A stretch of DNA of 64,000 bases from Epiperipatus broadwayi (taxonomy: Eukaryota > Animalia > Onychophora). This document shows positions 1-13,277 of the stretch, one piece after another (position 1 is the first letter of the stretch; each line of letters begins with the position of its first letter). The position numbers and the translations under genes are program-made. The stretch covers positions 15,004,001-15,068,000 of the forward strand of contig JAQFVV010000005.1 in assembly GCA_028023455.1 (NCBI GenBank), read 5' to 3'. Below the pieces are notes generated by a model. That model was not told the DNA's origin, did no database searches, and was given only the letters and a program-made list of their open reading frames with translations.

Positions 1-35
1 ATCCTATTAGGCAGGATTGATATTAAACCACTAAA

Positions 36-453
36 CATCACATGATTATCATTTCTTATGCTTGCTCATAACGGTTATTAAAACATGCAAAACTCTTCAT
101 ACAGTAGTGTCACCCTGTGCCAACCAGAGTAATCAATGGATGCCAGAATGCTTGTGCATAAAATCCCTATCTAGTGCCGATTTATCCAAGACCAGTTTCT
201 AGCTTGTGGCTTTTGTCAGTGAGAAACATTGCACCTAGATCTAGAAGAGTTGCATTAGATCCTAAGATCTAGGTGCAGTGCTCTCAGATCCAAGGTTCCT
301 CACTGACGAAAACCATAAGCTAAAAACTAGTTTAGGGATATTGGATGAGTAGGCACTAGATAGGGATTTTATGCACAAGCTTTCTGACATCTATTGATTA
401 CTCTGGATTACACTGAGTGGCACTACTGTATGGGAGAGCTTTGCCTGTTTTAA
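36..453. mobile_element. Fold-back element family A (hammerhead-bearing, Penelope-like/retrozyme-type), copy 1
   Basis: Arms about 76-255 and 260-453 are imperfect reverse complements; a ~40-nt leader (catcacatga...cttatgcttg) lies outside the palindrome. The same sequence recurs at 44.1, 62.0, 29.9, 41.1 and 48.3 kb. Confidence 0.8.
297..338 (+). ncRNA. Degenerate minimal type I hammerhead ribozyme motif
   Basis: TCCTCA CTGACGA A AAC CATAA GCT A AAAAC TA GTT TAGGGA. Core GAAAC is mutated to AAAAC, so probably inactive; a mirrored copy lies on the minus strand at about 185-225. Confidence 0.55.
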
Positions 454-3400
454 CATAAGATATTTCCAGTGAAATGAACATGGAATAAATATGCAGAGCA
501 GACAATATTACATACAAATGAGTTAATACATTATTTAAATAGTACTTTATTTATAAAGTATCATAATTGTCAGACAAGATATAATATTATATCTTAAAAT
601 GCTTACATTATAGACATCATCATAATAATTTGTAATAATTGCTTTAATAAACTATTTCTCACTTATCTTTCAACTTTTAGTTCATATGCATGGTGGAAAA
701 CAATAGTAGTGATTTTATACTATTAAGGAATTAAATGATTGAACATGCTTGCCGTAGAGTAAAACCCTGAACTTTAAATACACCTAGGATATAGTCCTTC
801 AGATGGCAGATGTCACATTTATTCATATCATTAGCTTTGTAGCATAATGACACACTTATCTAATTTGAGGTTATTTTAATCATTACTCATTCATTACATG
901 GATAATTGTAGGGAGTGAACATTTTATATCAAAATCTCGATTTAATAATAAATCAACAGAATTACAGAGATGAACTCTCTTGAATCCACCAATCCCTAAT
1001 TTAATAATAACTACTTAATTAATTGAAGTGGCTCTTTGGATCTGATCCAAATTTACAGAACAAAACTATGAATAAATCCATCATATAGATATATTTTATT
1101 TTGATAAATTAGAAACAGTTGTTTTTGATATTAACTAATTATTCTATTAATGCATGGTTGAAAGTTTTTATCATTTAAGTTTCATATAATTTAAGATTTG
1201 GCTTGAAAGCGAACTTATCTAAAAAATAAAACTGCATTTGCTATGTGAATGAAAGTTTTCATAGCCAGCATGATTTGATGCTTGACTAGTTTTAAATTTG
1301 GTGATTAATGTACTTTTTTCACATATTTCTGATTTTCAGAATAACTAAAGATACTAATATGTCAAAAATATATAAAAATAGATAAACAAAAATAAACTAT
1401 ATTTGATTTAAAGTTTTAGTATTTAGAAATTTAAAAAATATATTGCTTCATGTAGAATTAAAAAAAAACTTTCACTTGAAGTTTTTTTTTTAAAGATTAA
1501 AAAAAATGCTTACAAATTTTATCAAAGAATTCACTACTTATAATTCCTGTACTTTGCCCTTCGGTAAAAAAATATATGTTAAAGACAGAAAGTAATAACC
1601 CAAAACCAATTTGTACACTAAAAAAAAAAAACATTTTTATATTTTACACATATACTCCCTTTTTCCCCTCCAAGTCTCCAATAATCTTGGAGAAAAATAT
1701 CCTTTCTGAAGAGTGAATACCTCCGAAGATGTAACGAAAACATTTGAATTTCTATCTTTTGATTCAGCATCTTTTACATATCAGGTACAACTTTAACACT
1801 AGATGTATCTGTTATTTTAATACTTAATGCAAGTCTTTTATTAAAAAACTACTGTTTCAACACAACTAAAGATTCTGGAAATGAATGGGATTAATAATTA
1901 ATGAATTGGCTGCAATAAAGTTTAAATAATTGATTTACTTTTTTTGGGTTATATCCTTTTTTCTTATTTCCACTCATTTCAATCTTGATTTATTCTAGCT
2001 ATTAAAATCTCTGTAAATGCTTTGATATTTTTTCTATTTGACTTTCACATATAGTTATTTTTCATTTTATCTGTACATTTATTTTCTTGATTTCTACTTG
2101 ATTAACTTCATCTTCTTAGAAATAAATTTTTCTGATTAAAATCTTATTAGATGCTATTTTTTTATTATGTTCATCTTTTTTTCTTTTAGCATTTCTGCAT
2201 CATAAAATAATTTTTTATATCTACTATCTGTAAAATAAAGTTCTATTTACATTAGTTTTTATTTTTTTTTACAATATAAATTTATTGATTCATACAAATA
2301 AACTCTTTTGTAATTTATTTAGAAATAAAAGATCTGTTGAGAGACTGTTGTAAAAAAAAAAAAAAAAACATTAATAAACAGCACATATGTACAATTAATA
2401 ATCTTTCCTTTATTCTGTATAATTTCTATAAAAGCATTTTTTTGACCAAAAATAATAATAATAATAATACAATAAAAACATTTACAGTTGTGATAATTTC
2501 AAAAACAAAGGAAGGAAGTAAATGAACAACAAATAAAAACCAATGGGAATGATAAAATTTACAACTATTTACAAAATAAATTTTTTATTTCTTTTTGCAT
2601 CATTTGAAATGACAACAAAATAAACACTATTTCAATTTGCATCATTAGAAATCATATTGATGCATCAATAAGATGTGCGTGTGGCTCCCTCATGCCAAAA
2701 AAAAATTTGTATAAATTGATAAACACTGCAAACATGGTCGTACAGCTTTCTGAAAACAACATGCAATGGAAAATAACTAATTATGTAGATTAAAAAAAAA
2801 AAGTACATCAAGTTTTTTGCCAATAATTGTTAAATGACATTACATGTCAATGTAAGAGGGAAGAGAGTAATCCATGACCATCACTGGTAAACTAGTTATA
2901 CTCTCGACCCTGACATTTTTTAAAAAAATACAATACCATAATATTGACTCTGTAATGGATAATAGCCCACTCAATTTGAAAAGGTGACTGATGAAATGGA
3001 TCTGAATAGCATTTAGTAGCATACGAAGAGTTAATATTTTAAATTATATAACTGAAAAAAATCTTATAAGAAACAATGAAATTGAGGGTAAACTATCATA
3101 ACTATTCTAATTTCAATCAAAGTTAGAATTTACAATCACAACAACGATTATACAGAATTTAGTGATTTCATTTCACCCTCATTATTTTTAAATCTAATAA
3201 ACAAAATCTGTATAATATAAACAGTAAGGTACATGTGAGATCATACAAATGTAACAAATAAATTTACGACTGTAATATACATACTAGATTTCTTTTGAAA
3301 TGGCAAAATACAGAATAGAATGAAGTATGATTTTATTTAATAATAATAAATTTTTGGCCTAAGCAATTCTATAATTCTAAAAGTGAATCTATTTCAGGAT

Positions 3401-3873
3401 AAACAACACTATATATTAATTGCCTTTACATATCTTAAGTAGAAGTATTATACAATAGCCAATATTTATTTGGATTTTAAAAATCTAAAGACATTGAATA
3501 TTCTTTAATAAATAAAATATCAAACCATTAATGAAAATTCACATCCATAAGTTTCAACTTTCTTATATTATTAAGATATCATTAACCTAAACAAATGTAT
3601 TTTTACAATATTTTAAGCATATGAAGCAATGATTAAATTTTAAAAAAAAAAAAAAACTTCAAATGAATACATTTTATAAATGTTAAATTCGTAACAAATA
3701 TTCTATAATAAACACTAGCAACAAATTGTAATCAAATGCTTCTTATATGTACATTATACAAATAAAACACAACAAAATTAATCAAGTTAAAATTTATACT
3801 AAGACACCTCATTGAATAAAAATTAACATAATGCAGTAGACATAAAAATAAAACAATACATATTTATTTATTT

Positions 3874-5049
3874 GGTAATAGAGCATCTATTGAGCCATAC
3901 CGTTCAATGGCGCTGTTTCTACACTAAAGCACATAAATATGCTGTTTACAAGGCCGCTCATAGATCTTACAGCCTGTAAACTGTTCAAGCACTAAGATGT
4001 TGAAGTGCACCCTTACCCCAATATCTCTAGCATGTTGAACATTATTAGCGACGAGTATATGACACTCTCTCTAGACATTACTCTTGACTATTGTACAGCG
4101 TATGATATGAAGGTTTCTGTACTTGTAATGACGAAAAGTATATTGAACGGATTTTTTTTTTTTTTTGCTTCAATGTATTATAATTGATGTGAGTTGGTAA
4201 AAATTGTAACGAATTGTCAAACGCCCCTCCTTTCGTTGTCAGGGGTCAGAATTCACGAAATGAGGAGTGTAAAATCATGATTCGGCAAAGTTCACGATCA
4301 AGTTGCGCACTTTCCGAGACCTTTTCGAGATCAAAACAGTTCAATGGCAGTTGACCGTTCGGTGTTGTAGTTTTGAGATTGACCTGCTACACAGAAGCAG
4401 ATGCGCTGGCCTTTCTTCAACCCCAAAAAATAAAATATTTGACACAGCCAGAAAAAAAAACTGTCTTTTGTGGTGGTTTAATGAAATTAAGGCGTTATCA
4501 AACATCTGGAATGGAATGTCCATCACGTCAATGGCGACGAAGGGGTTCCATTCGCTCATGGGATGGGTTTTGAGGACTGTCTGAGAATCGCTTTTTCCCA
4601 AGTGGTATGGCTAATTGATTATTGAAGACGGGATCAGCTTAAAGTGAAGCGTATTACAGCTGACTTGAAAAGGCGTCAACGCCATAAGGAATATGACCAC
4701 AGGTCTTAGAGAGGTCTGTCGAGAAAGCCTTGTTTCTCGATGAACAAAACAAACAAAAAAATGTTTCTTCAAAAACAATCAAAAAAGACTTGGTTATAAA
4801 AAAAAAAAAAAAGAGAGAGAGAGACAGACAAAAAGAAATAATGTTTTTTTTATTTAAAAAAAAAAGACAAAATATTTTTAAAAGCCAAAAAAAAACAAAC
4901 AAACCATTTTTTGATTAAATCAAACAAATCCAAAAATTAAAAACATAAATCAACAAAATTTGAAAAACAGCCCGGTAACGTTATATCTATTCGTTTTTCA
5001 CTAGCAACAGCGCCATCGGATGGTGTGGCTCAATAGATGCTATATTACC
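3874..5049 (+). mobile_element. Internally deleted Merlin (IS1016-like) DNA transposon
   Basis: 48-bp TIRs GGTAATAGAGCATCTATTGAGCC... (3874-3921 / 5002-5049, 6 mismatches), perfect 8-bp TSD ATTTATTT (3866-3873, 5050-5057), GG termini. The + frame at 4373-4573 (YTEADALAFLQ...FCGGLMKLRRY...CPSRQWRRRGSIRS) resembles the Merlin N-terminal zinc-ribbon region. Confidence 0.75.
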
Positions 5050-8000
5050 ATTTATTTTTTTTTGTAAAATTAAAACATTTTATCTTTTAGCTCAGCAAAT
5101 GATTTCAAAAGAATTTGTCATGTCTCATTCCAACAATTTATTAAGTCCATGATTTACATATACAATTTTCAGATTAATATGACTTTCCATGTACCTAGTA
5201 GATTTCTATTATAACTACTATTTTAATGGATCTTAGTCAACATCATCAGAGTAAGTCAGTAGCAGTTTGGTATTTCCATTACTGATATCTAACAATATTG
5301 CTATATGGTTATCCATATTGTTCAAATGATAAAAAAGATCTGGATTAAATGTCTATAATCATAAGCAATTACATACAATGAAAAATTTAAAAAATGTATG
5401 CTGTTGAATGAAACTTTTCTCACATTAATAATTGCTAAAGTATTGTGATAACCAGAACAAATAAGTAGATGAATAGCTATATTTGTTTGAATTTGTGAAA
5501 AAAAAAAAAAAAATGAAATGTATTTAAATTTACAAATAATATGATAAAAAAGAAACTGTATCCACATATACATAAGTTCACAAAAGTCTCCTAATTTTAT
5601 CCCTGCCAAAAACTAACTAGTTGGTATTAAATAATATGTTTGTGACTCTTTGTGAAAGAAAAAATGTATAACAATTTCAAGATAACAGTAAAAGAAAAGA
5701 CTTTCTTGCGACTAATTAATTGAATGAATGCATCTCATCACATGCTCTTATGTTATCACTATTGTGGATCATCAAATTAAGATTATATTTAAAATGACTC
5801 CAAAGTGCCAAGTTAATGATCAAAAAAGCAATTCTGCAAAGCCTAAAAAAAATTGGGACATGTATTCTTTATTTATTATATATATATATAAAGGATAATA
5901 TATTTTTTTTTAAAAATTAACAAACAAGCATGTTAATATATAGATAATCACTGATCTAAATTTGAATAAATACTTATATAACTATGCTTGCTTTCTCTCA
6001 ATTTTTTACTCTATTGATTTTAATTAAAACTAATTATTTTAATTTTATGCTAACAACTTTTTAATGAAGTCTCAGTATGATATTTTTTTAATGAAATTGT
6101 ATCATATTTGGTAAAAATTAATTTACAAACATTTCATTTTTGAAAGAATAATATGTATAAAGTAGACTATCAGTTAAGTGTATTTGTACAGTTTGAAAGA
6201 GACAAAAGTATCATTAAGTTTAGAATGCATGAAATATAAAAAACACAAGTGTGCAAAATACCATCTAATTATAAGAGAACAATAAGAAGAAATAAAAATA
6301 TTGAAATTGTCAGGTATGCTCCTGAAGCTAATTGAACTTCGGAGAGAAAAGTAATTGGTACAACTTAGATGTTCAAATAATTTACACTTCAGTTACTATA
6401 AACATCTGCAAAAAATCAACAATGTGAATAAGTTTCAGGTACCACAGACTTTACATATCTGAGATTTTCTGTTTTAATATAGTTGAAAGAATAAGTATTT
6501 GGTTATAAACTATAAAAAAAAAAAAAGTGAATAGCAAGAATCACTTTGTTGAAAAAAGGGATGTAGCCCACATATTTGTGTTGATGCAAGTTTTGAATAT
6601 TTAACTTATACCCACATTCACTTTTTATCATTAAAATAAAATTTGAAAAATTGTATTGCTAACAGAATAGTAATATTTAAATTGAAGAGATACATTTTGA
6701 TTCGCTCAGTGTATATATACAACTAACTTTTTTGAATTGAATTTCTTAACCAAATCTAACTTCTTTTTTTGAAGAATGAGGTCAACTATCAAAAAAAAAA
6801 ATCAGATGTTTTATAATAAAAACAAGTTTTAAAATATACATATATATATATAAATAATTTGATGGCATTCCACAAAGTATATATGTAGGAGATTATATGT
6901 TATGATATTGGAAGATCATGATTAAGAAAATCTGGAATAATAAATCCCATTTCCCTACATCAAACAATAATTCAACTGCTCATCTTAGATCTCAATGTGT
7001 CTTCCCAGTCAATATTCAGTTTTTATCTTGATCTGATAGTTTTCCAGCTATAAACTATATCTGAAATGGTTGACTTAGGCCAAGCTTAGATGATCTGTAC
7101 AGTAAAACCCCTTTCAATGTTCAAGTCAAGATTTCTCAATATGACTTTGCATTTAAAATTAAAATAAGATAACTAAAGAATTTCTAAAATTAATATTTTG
7201 CTGTATGTGTATATGTACATATATATATATATATGTGTGTGTACACAAAGTATCACACACTTATAAATGCTGGTATTGATAATTAATGAAAGGAAAATGT
7301 TATTGCTTTAACCTTTCTGATATTTTGAACAATTGCATTCCACAAAAATTATTATAATATACAATAACAAGTCAAAGACAAATAAATTGAAAAAATATAA
7401 ATTATTAGACACCAATCCATAAATAGAATTGTTTGATTAAGTAAATTGATATTTGTACATATAGTTCCATTAATTACAAAATTATTTTGTAAATAAATTT
7501 ACTTCACTCTCTTTAGATGATACTAAATTATTCTAGTAGATATGGATTAATTAAAAAAGATCCACAAAACTTTTTTTTAATAATAGGTTTGACAATCTAG
7601 GACAGTTTTTAATCCAAAGACATCAGATTCGATTTCCATTGAAAAATTGCAATTATCTATCTTTTGTATAGTAAATTAAGTTAATATAACAGAATTTATT
7701 GAAACAAACTAAAAGTTCAAAAAGAATAAAGAACTAAGTACTTCCATTACAAAAGTAATCATTGTAGTATAAGAGCTAACAATCTTTAGACCTAATGGAA
7801 ATATTACAAAACATGATAAACTATTTCTTGCAACATTGGAATGTATGCATTCTCTTAAGGGAGATTACAGTTATCTTTTCAATAGATTGAAATGTGTAAA
7901 TAAAAAAGATCCTTGCAATAAAAACAAATCAGAATACTAATTGAAGCTATTAGACAAAAAAAAATTTTTTTTAAATTATATCTGGAAATGAAAACTATAT

Positions 8001-8954
8001 TCTAACTAATTAATGAAATAATACATATATAAATATTTATATATTTGTATAAAATTATAATTATAGTTTGAGAATTGATTACTAAATTAAAATTTTCATT
8101 TTTTAAAAATATACAATTAATTGAATTATACATATATATTTAATATAATAAATTTATTTCTATTATTATTATTATTTTTTTAAAAAGGTCATGTTTCTGT
8201 CCTAGCTTTAAATATATTTAATTAATAAAATTAAGTGAGAGAATTTCAAAGTTAAAAATAGAAAATAAATATTTGTATATATAAAGATAAAAACTGCAAT
8301 TAGTCAACAAAAAGTTTTCAATCTATTACAGAATGAACAATATTGATGCTGAGCAATAAGATAAATATATTTATTTTATTATCTTATTTATGGATTCCCA
8401 CAATTAACATTCTATTGCATTAATATTATTAATAACTATTAGTTAATAAAATAATTATTATAAAAATAAATACATTCTCACAGCATAAAAAATAAATCAT
8501 TTTTTCTCATGGCAAGAAAATATCAAATAATGCTAAGTCTACAAAATAGTATCTCTACCTTGTACATATTTATAATGATTTATTATAACAAGAAATGGCA
8601 AATCCAACTTTAATAGTTTACACAGATAAAACACCAATAATCCAAAATCCCGGATTCCAGAGCTTTCCTGAATTTGTGAATTTTCTAGATTTCAAAGAAA
8701 TACCTTATTCCTCATTGTAAACTCAAACTCTACTAAGGAAAATTTTGTTTGTAAAAGTGTTATCTATTCACTGTAAAAAGTTTAAGATCAACTTTGAAAT
8801 TTTGTTTAGATAATAAAAAATTTTCAGCAATATGTATTCAGATTAATGGTCTTCTACTTTTCAAGAATTATTTTTTTTTGGTTTTAAAAAAAAAAAAAAC
8901 AACTTTAATGTATATAAATACACATACAGGGTATACACTAATTATTTTTACAAT

Positions 8955-9060
8955 TATAAATATAATTTATCCAAACTTCAAACACTTTTAGCAAACTTTA
9001 TTTGTACATACAAATAAAGTTTGCTAAAAGTGTTTGAAGTTTGGATAAATTATATTTATA
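8955..9060. repeat. Perfect palindrome, 52-bp arms, 2-nt loop
   Basis: 8955-9006 is the exact reverse complement of 9009-9060 (tataaatataatttatccaaacttcaaacacttttagcaaactttatttgta / loop CA). Confidence 0.95.
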
Positions 9061-11254
9061 TGATATTACGGCAAACATAAAGAAAAGTGTGATTTTGGTA
9101 TTTTTACAATTCTGGTCCATAAGGAATATATTTAAAATTCATATAGAACTTTAATATCTTTTTGAGAGATAAAAAATTTGCAGACAATCAATGTGATGGG
9201 ATATAAAAATAGCTTCTTTCTGGATAAAATCGGGTAAATTACGAATCCATAAATATCATTACTGATATTAAGAAAAAGCTGTAATGAGTTTTTTCTTAAG
9301 ATGAGACACCTCAATGGTTCTATAACTTGTAATTTAATTTTTATTTTTAACTATTAAGTTGCAAAAATAACTTTTATACATGCTGCATATTTTGGATGTG
9401 TTTAAACAATAATAATAAAAAAAATGAATTTCTTTAAATTTTGACATATGTAAATGTTTTGTAAATTACAATGAGTTTTTATTATACCTTTCTTTAGATT
9501 TAAAAAAAAAAAATCAAATGTTTAGTTTCTCAGTAAGTGATCTGAGCACTAAAAAATGACAAGTTGAAATTAGAAGGGATTTTTAGTTCTTGTATTTGCC
9601 ATTTAAAATTATTGGAATAAATCACTATTAGGGACAGATTATTATAAGCCTGTATATATATATTTTAATTTACAGTATTCATGTATAAATATAATACAAA
9701 ATTATTTAGGAAAAAAATATTGCTATAAAATTTATATGAAAAAAGAATTGTTAGCCATACTGAAAAATTCATAACTGATATTTAAATATATCTCATTAGC
9801 ATTTAATAGGTTTTATTACACTTATTAGATTATAATGAAAATACTAATACCATACCATCTTTGCCTCAGATACATTTTCTTATATTAAATTTAGTAACAT
9901 AATAATCTCCATAAATTCTAATTTTTGATAATTTATCATTATTATATGACTTCAATTTGTAATATGATTTTGAAACAAAATAATTAAGATTTAGCATAAT
10001 TTTAGTCAACTACAGAAAAACTTTATAGAGAATGCTGCTGAGAGACAATAGCTGGCAAAACTAGTTAGTGGTGGGCTTTTAGGTTGACTAACTCATCTCA
10101 TTTTCTTTTCTATGTTATATTTTTAGTGTCAAAGAGATATTAATTTATTTATACATAAGCTAGTGCTATTTTTTGGTATGACGAATTGAGCAGAAGTTAT
10201 GCATTTTTAAAAAATCAAAACAATAAAAAATAAAAAGCAATTAATCTTAATCTTTATTGGGAAAAAAACAACAACTATACTTTAAAGCATAATTTTATTT
10301 TTTTTTCAAACTAGTAAATCATTTCTAAAATAATAATTTTCTTTTCTTATTCTGCTTAATAGAAAGTTTTTCTGTAATTCATCTCTGATTATATGAATAT
10401 AATAACATTTTTCAAAAGCTAAATCAAGTATATAAAATTTAAATTCAAAAATAATTCATACAGTCCTTCAGCTTTTCAAATGGCAGCTATTCTAATTAAA
10501 AGTTTCTAAAGATCCAATCTTATTAATACATCTCCAATATTATAACTATATTGCATGAAGTTTAATTAATAATATAGCTGAAGATAATCCAGAAATTAAT
10601 AGCAGTGCACCCAATTCCAAACAAAGAATTTGGCTAGAATGAAATCTTTATTTTATTTTCATTATATATTTAAAGAAATGTGAATCTGAATGTATGAGCA
10701 TACATTACCACATGATCTGCTATTTTCATCAGTCATTTATCTGTCATATAATAAACACTATGTTTCTTAAAATTAACAAACAACAATTTCCTTTTATTTT
10801 TCTATACATGCTCCTATATGAGAATTATATATACCTTCAAAATTGCAAATTGTTTTCTATCAAATACTTTTAAATTTACAATAACAGGTAGAACAATTTA
10901 AAGGGAGAGGGAAAAAAGCAAACAGAAGGCCAAATTTTACAACAGTCTGAAATTCATATTTTGAAATTATATATATATATATATAAATCAATTTCAATAA
11001 ATAAATATATATATGTATGATTACTATACACATATATATATAATATTCACAATATAATTGAAATCACAAAAATAATAATTAAAAAAAACCCCACTAAGGC
11101 TGTACATGACTTAATTGCATTCAAGTAAATAAACGCCCCGTATCCAAGCACATCACTATATATTTTAACACATATAATAGATTCATATGGGTACAGATAT
11201 ATAGCATATAATATATATTTATTATTTAAACACTAAAAAAAAATTCTATTAGTA

Positions 11255-11260
11255 TTTATT
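11255..11260 (-). promoter_or_regulatory. Candidate polyadenylation signal AATAAA about 410 nt after the stop
   Basis: tttatt on the + strand at 11255-11260. AATAAA is frequent by chance in such AT-rich DNA, so this is only a candidate. Confidence 0.25.
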
Positions 11261-11672
11261 TACCAGCTGTACAACCTCACACAAACATATATGCATCTTT
11301 ATGCATATTCACATACACATATAATCATATACATAGTAAATAATTTTCCACATTGCATGAAGTATTGTTATCCATAATATATATTTCTTTTTTAATGACT
11401 AAAAAAAAAATTTTTTTAAGTGAATCTTATAATTCCAAAAGAGGGACACGCGCACACAGTCTAAAGCCAGAAAGATCAGAGCCCAATGTGATAAATGCTT
11501 CATGCTCAAAACTCCATACATTTGACTCTGTTTTTTTTTACCAACAGGAGAAGCAGATCTTCACTGTTTAACGAAGAAAAAGCAGACAATGATAAGCTGC
11601 AATATTCTTCTAATTTGCACAGGTTTCTTTAAAAACCACTTTTGGTAATCTCATTTAGAATTCCAAGTGTTA

Positions 11673-11909
11673 TTACTGTTTGGGAATGTTTCTCAATCTC
11701 ATTGAGTATGGAGCAGCTTTAGATCCAGAAGGATCAGCATCTGGAGATGTGGGCATGGTGGGGGTAGTAGCAATAGCCCTTGAAGCTGTTACAGGTTGTG
11801 CGAGAACTTGCATAGTTCGTTGACCTTGTTGAGTAGTTGCCACTGACACAACTGATTGTCCTTGAGTAACTGGAGAAGTCACAGGTGCTAATGCAGTTTT
11901 GGCTATTAC
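11673..11909 (-). CDS. dom: Terminal coding exon H with stop codon, probable domino-A/EP400
   Basis: Acceptor ttatcatttaAG at 11910-11911; 78 codons plus TAA (followed by a second TAA): VIAKTALAPVTSPVTQGQSVVSV...SPDADPSGSKAAPYSMRLRNIPKQ*. The eight exons sum to 1512 nt = 503 aa + stop with no internal stop. Confidence 0.88.
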   Translation of the reverse strand, partial: VIAKTALAPVTSPVTQGQSVVSVATTQQGQRTMQVLAQPVTASRAIATTPTMPTSPDADPSGSKAAPYSMRLRNIPKQ

Positions 11910-13019
11910 CTTAAATGATAAAATAATGATTTCATTTTTATGTATGCATTATACATATTTGGCAAAGTCTAAAAGTAAAGTCAAGCAATGTGATATTTTT
12001 CATTAATATACAATAAATTTTTAAAAAATATATTAGTTTGTAACTGGAAATGGAATTTAATATATGTCTAATCCAGTTATATTATGTTATGTTTCTAATA
12101 CAATTAAAACATAAATAATAAGCAAAACATCCCAAACAACTGGGCTTTTTTTTATGGCATTTTCTATGAAAAATCTAATGGAAGACAAAAATTTGACATC
12201 ATAAATATAATATTTTCTGATTCACATGGCAGGTATTTTTTTACTCCATTACCCAATTAAAAATAAAATTGCATATTAACAAAATATAGTTACAATTATC
12301 AAATTTTTAAAAAAAAAAGTAATTTGTTTTTTTTAAAAAAAAAACAAAAACAAAACAACAACAACAAAAAAACAATTACAGCAGATCTATAAAACTTTAC
12401 AGCAATTCATTCTTACTGGAGAATTAATCCTAAAATAATATATATAAAATTTTAGTTACGATATAACCAGATAACTATCAAGTAAAATTGGTAGAGCAAG
12501 ATGATCTAAGACTTTTCTTCAGTAGTATTGTATAAAAATTTTCACAGGTTTAATACATAAATATTGAAATAGAACAAAAATTTTCTGTATAGTGGCACTG
12601 CAAGTCGAAATCACACGATTTAATAGTAACAATAGTAGTTGTCTGACCTTCATAAAGTTAAAAGTGGATCACTTCTAATTAAATATTCAAGCTAAAAATA
12701 TTTAATTTATACCTTCTGTATAAATTGCTTGGTTATTAAAATTCAGAAAAGTTGTTATACTTACAAATTCTCACGCATATAAAGAATTAATGTCAGAATA
12801 TTAAGCTAGAAGCAGATCACTTTTAATTTATCATAGGTCAAACAAATATTGTTATTATTAGATCATGTGGGTACATTATAAATAAAAATTTCTTTAAATT
12901 ATTACATGAAAAAAAATGTCCCTTATATTTCAGTATTTACGATTTAAGTCCATGAAAATCTTTAATATATATAATTAATCAAATCAATTTTCAGCATCCT
13001 TAAATTGCAATATATAATC

Positions 13020-13277
13020 CTACTATATATACGTGCTGTATGCACAGATAATGAAGCTAGTAAATATATATAATTAAACGCAAAATATTAATTTACTTTA
13101 AATATCAAAATATTAATTTATTTTAACTAAGCGCTTTCATGAGAGCAAGAAGTCTCTTGAAAGTGCTTAGCTAAAATAAATTAATATTTTTATATTTAAA
13201 GTGAATTAATATTTTGCATTTAATTATATATATTTACTAGCTTCATTATCTGTGCATACAGCACATATATATAGTAG
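13020..13277. repeat. Long inverted repeat / MITE-like fold-back, ~120-bp arms
   Basis: ctactatatatacgtgctgtatgcacagataatgaagctag... is mirrored by ...ctagcttcattatctgtgcatacagcacatatatatagtag, with few mismatches and a short central spacer. Confidence 0.85.

Noticed and set aside
4190-4760. GC-rich island as bacterial/viral horizontal transfer, host gene, or solo LTR (TGTAAC...GTTATA)
   Set aside because: It lies within Merlin TIRs with an 8-bp TSD and has a transposase-like frame; the putative LTR ends have no target duplication; ORFs 4303-4584 and 4341-4601 are alternative frames of the same remnant.
2337-9314. Short ORFs rich in K/N/F/I/L (also 13781, 14817, 23889, 24822, 28539, 39690, 46878, 49589, 58918, 61255, 62756)
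   Set aside because: Composition reflects poly-A/T runs in very AT-rich non-coding DNA; no domain motifs or splice-consistent chain.
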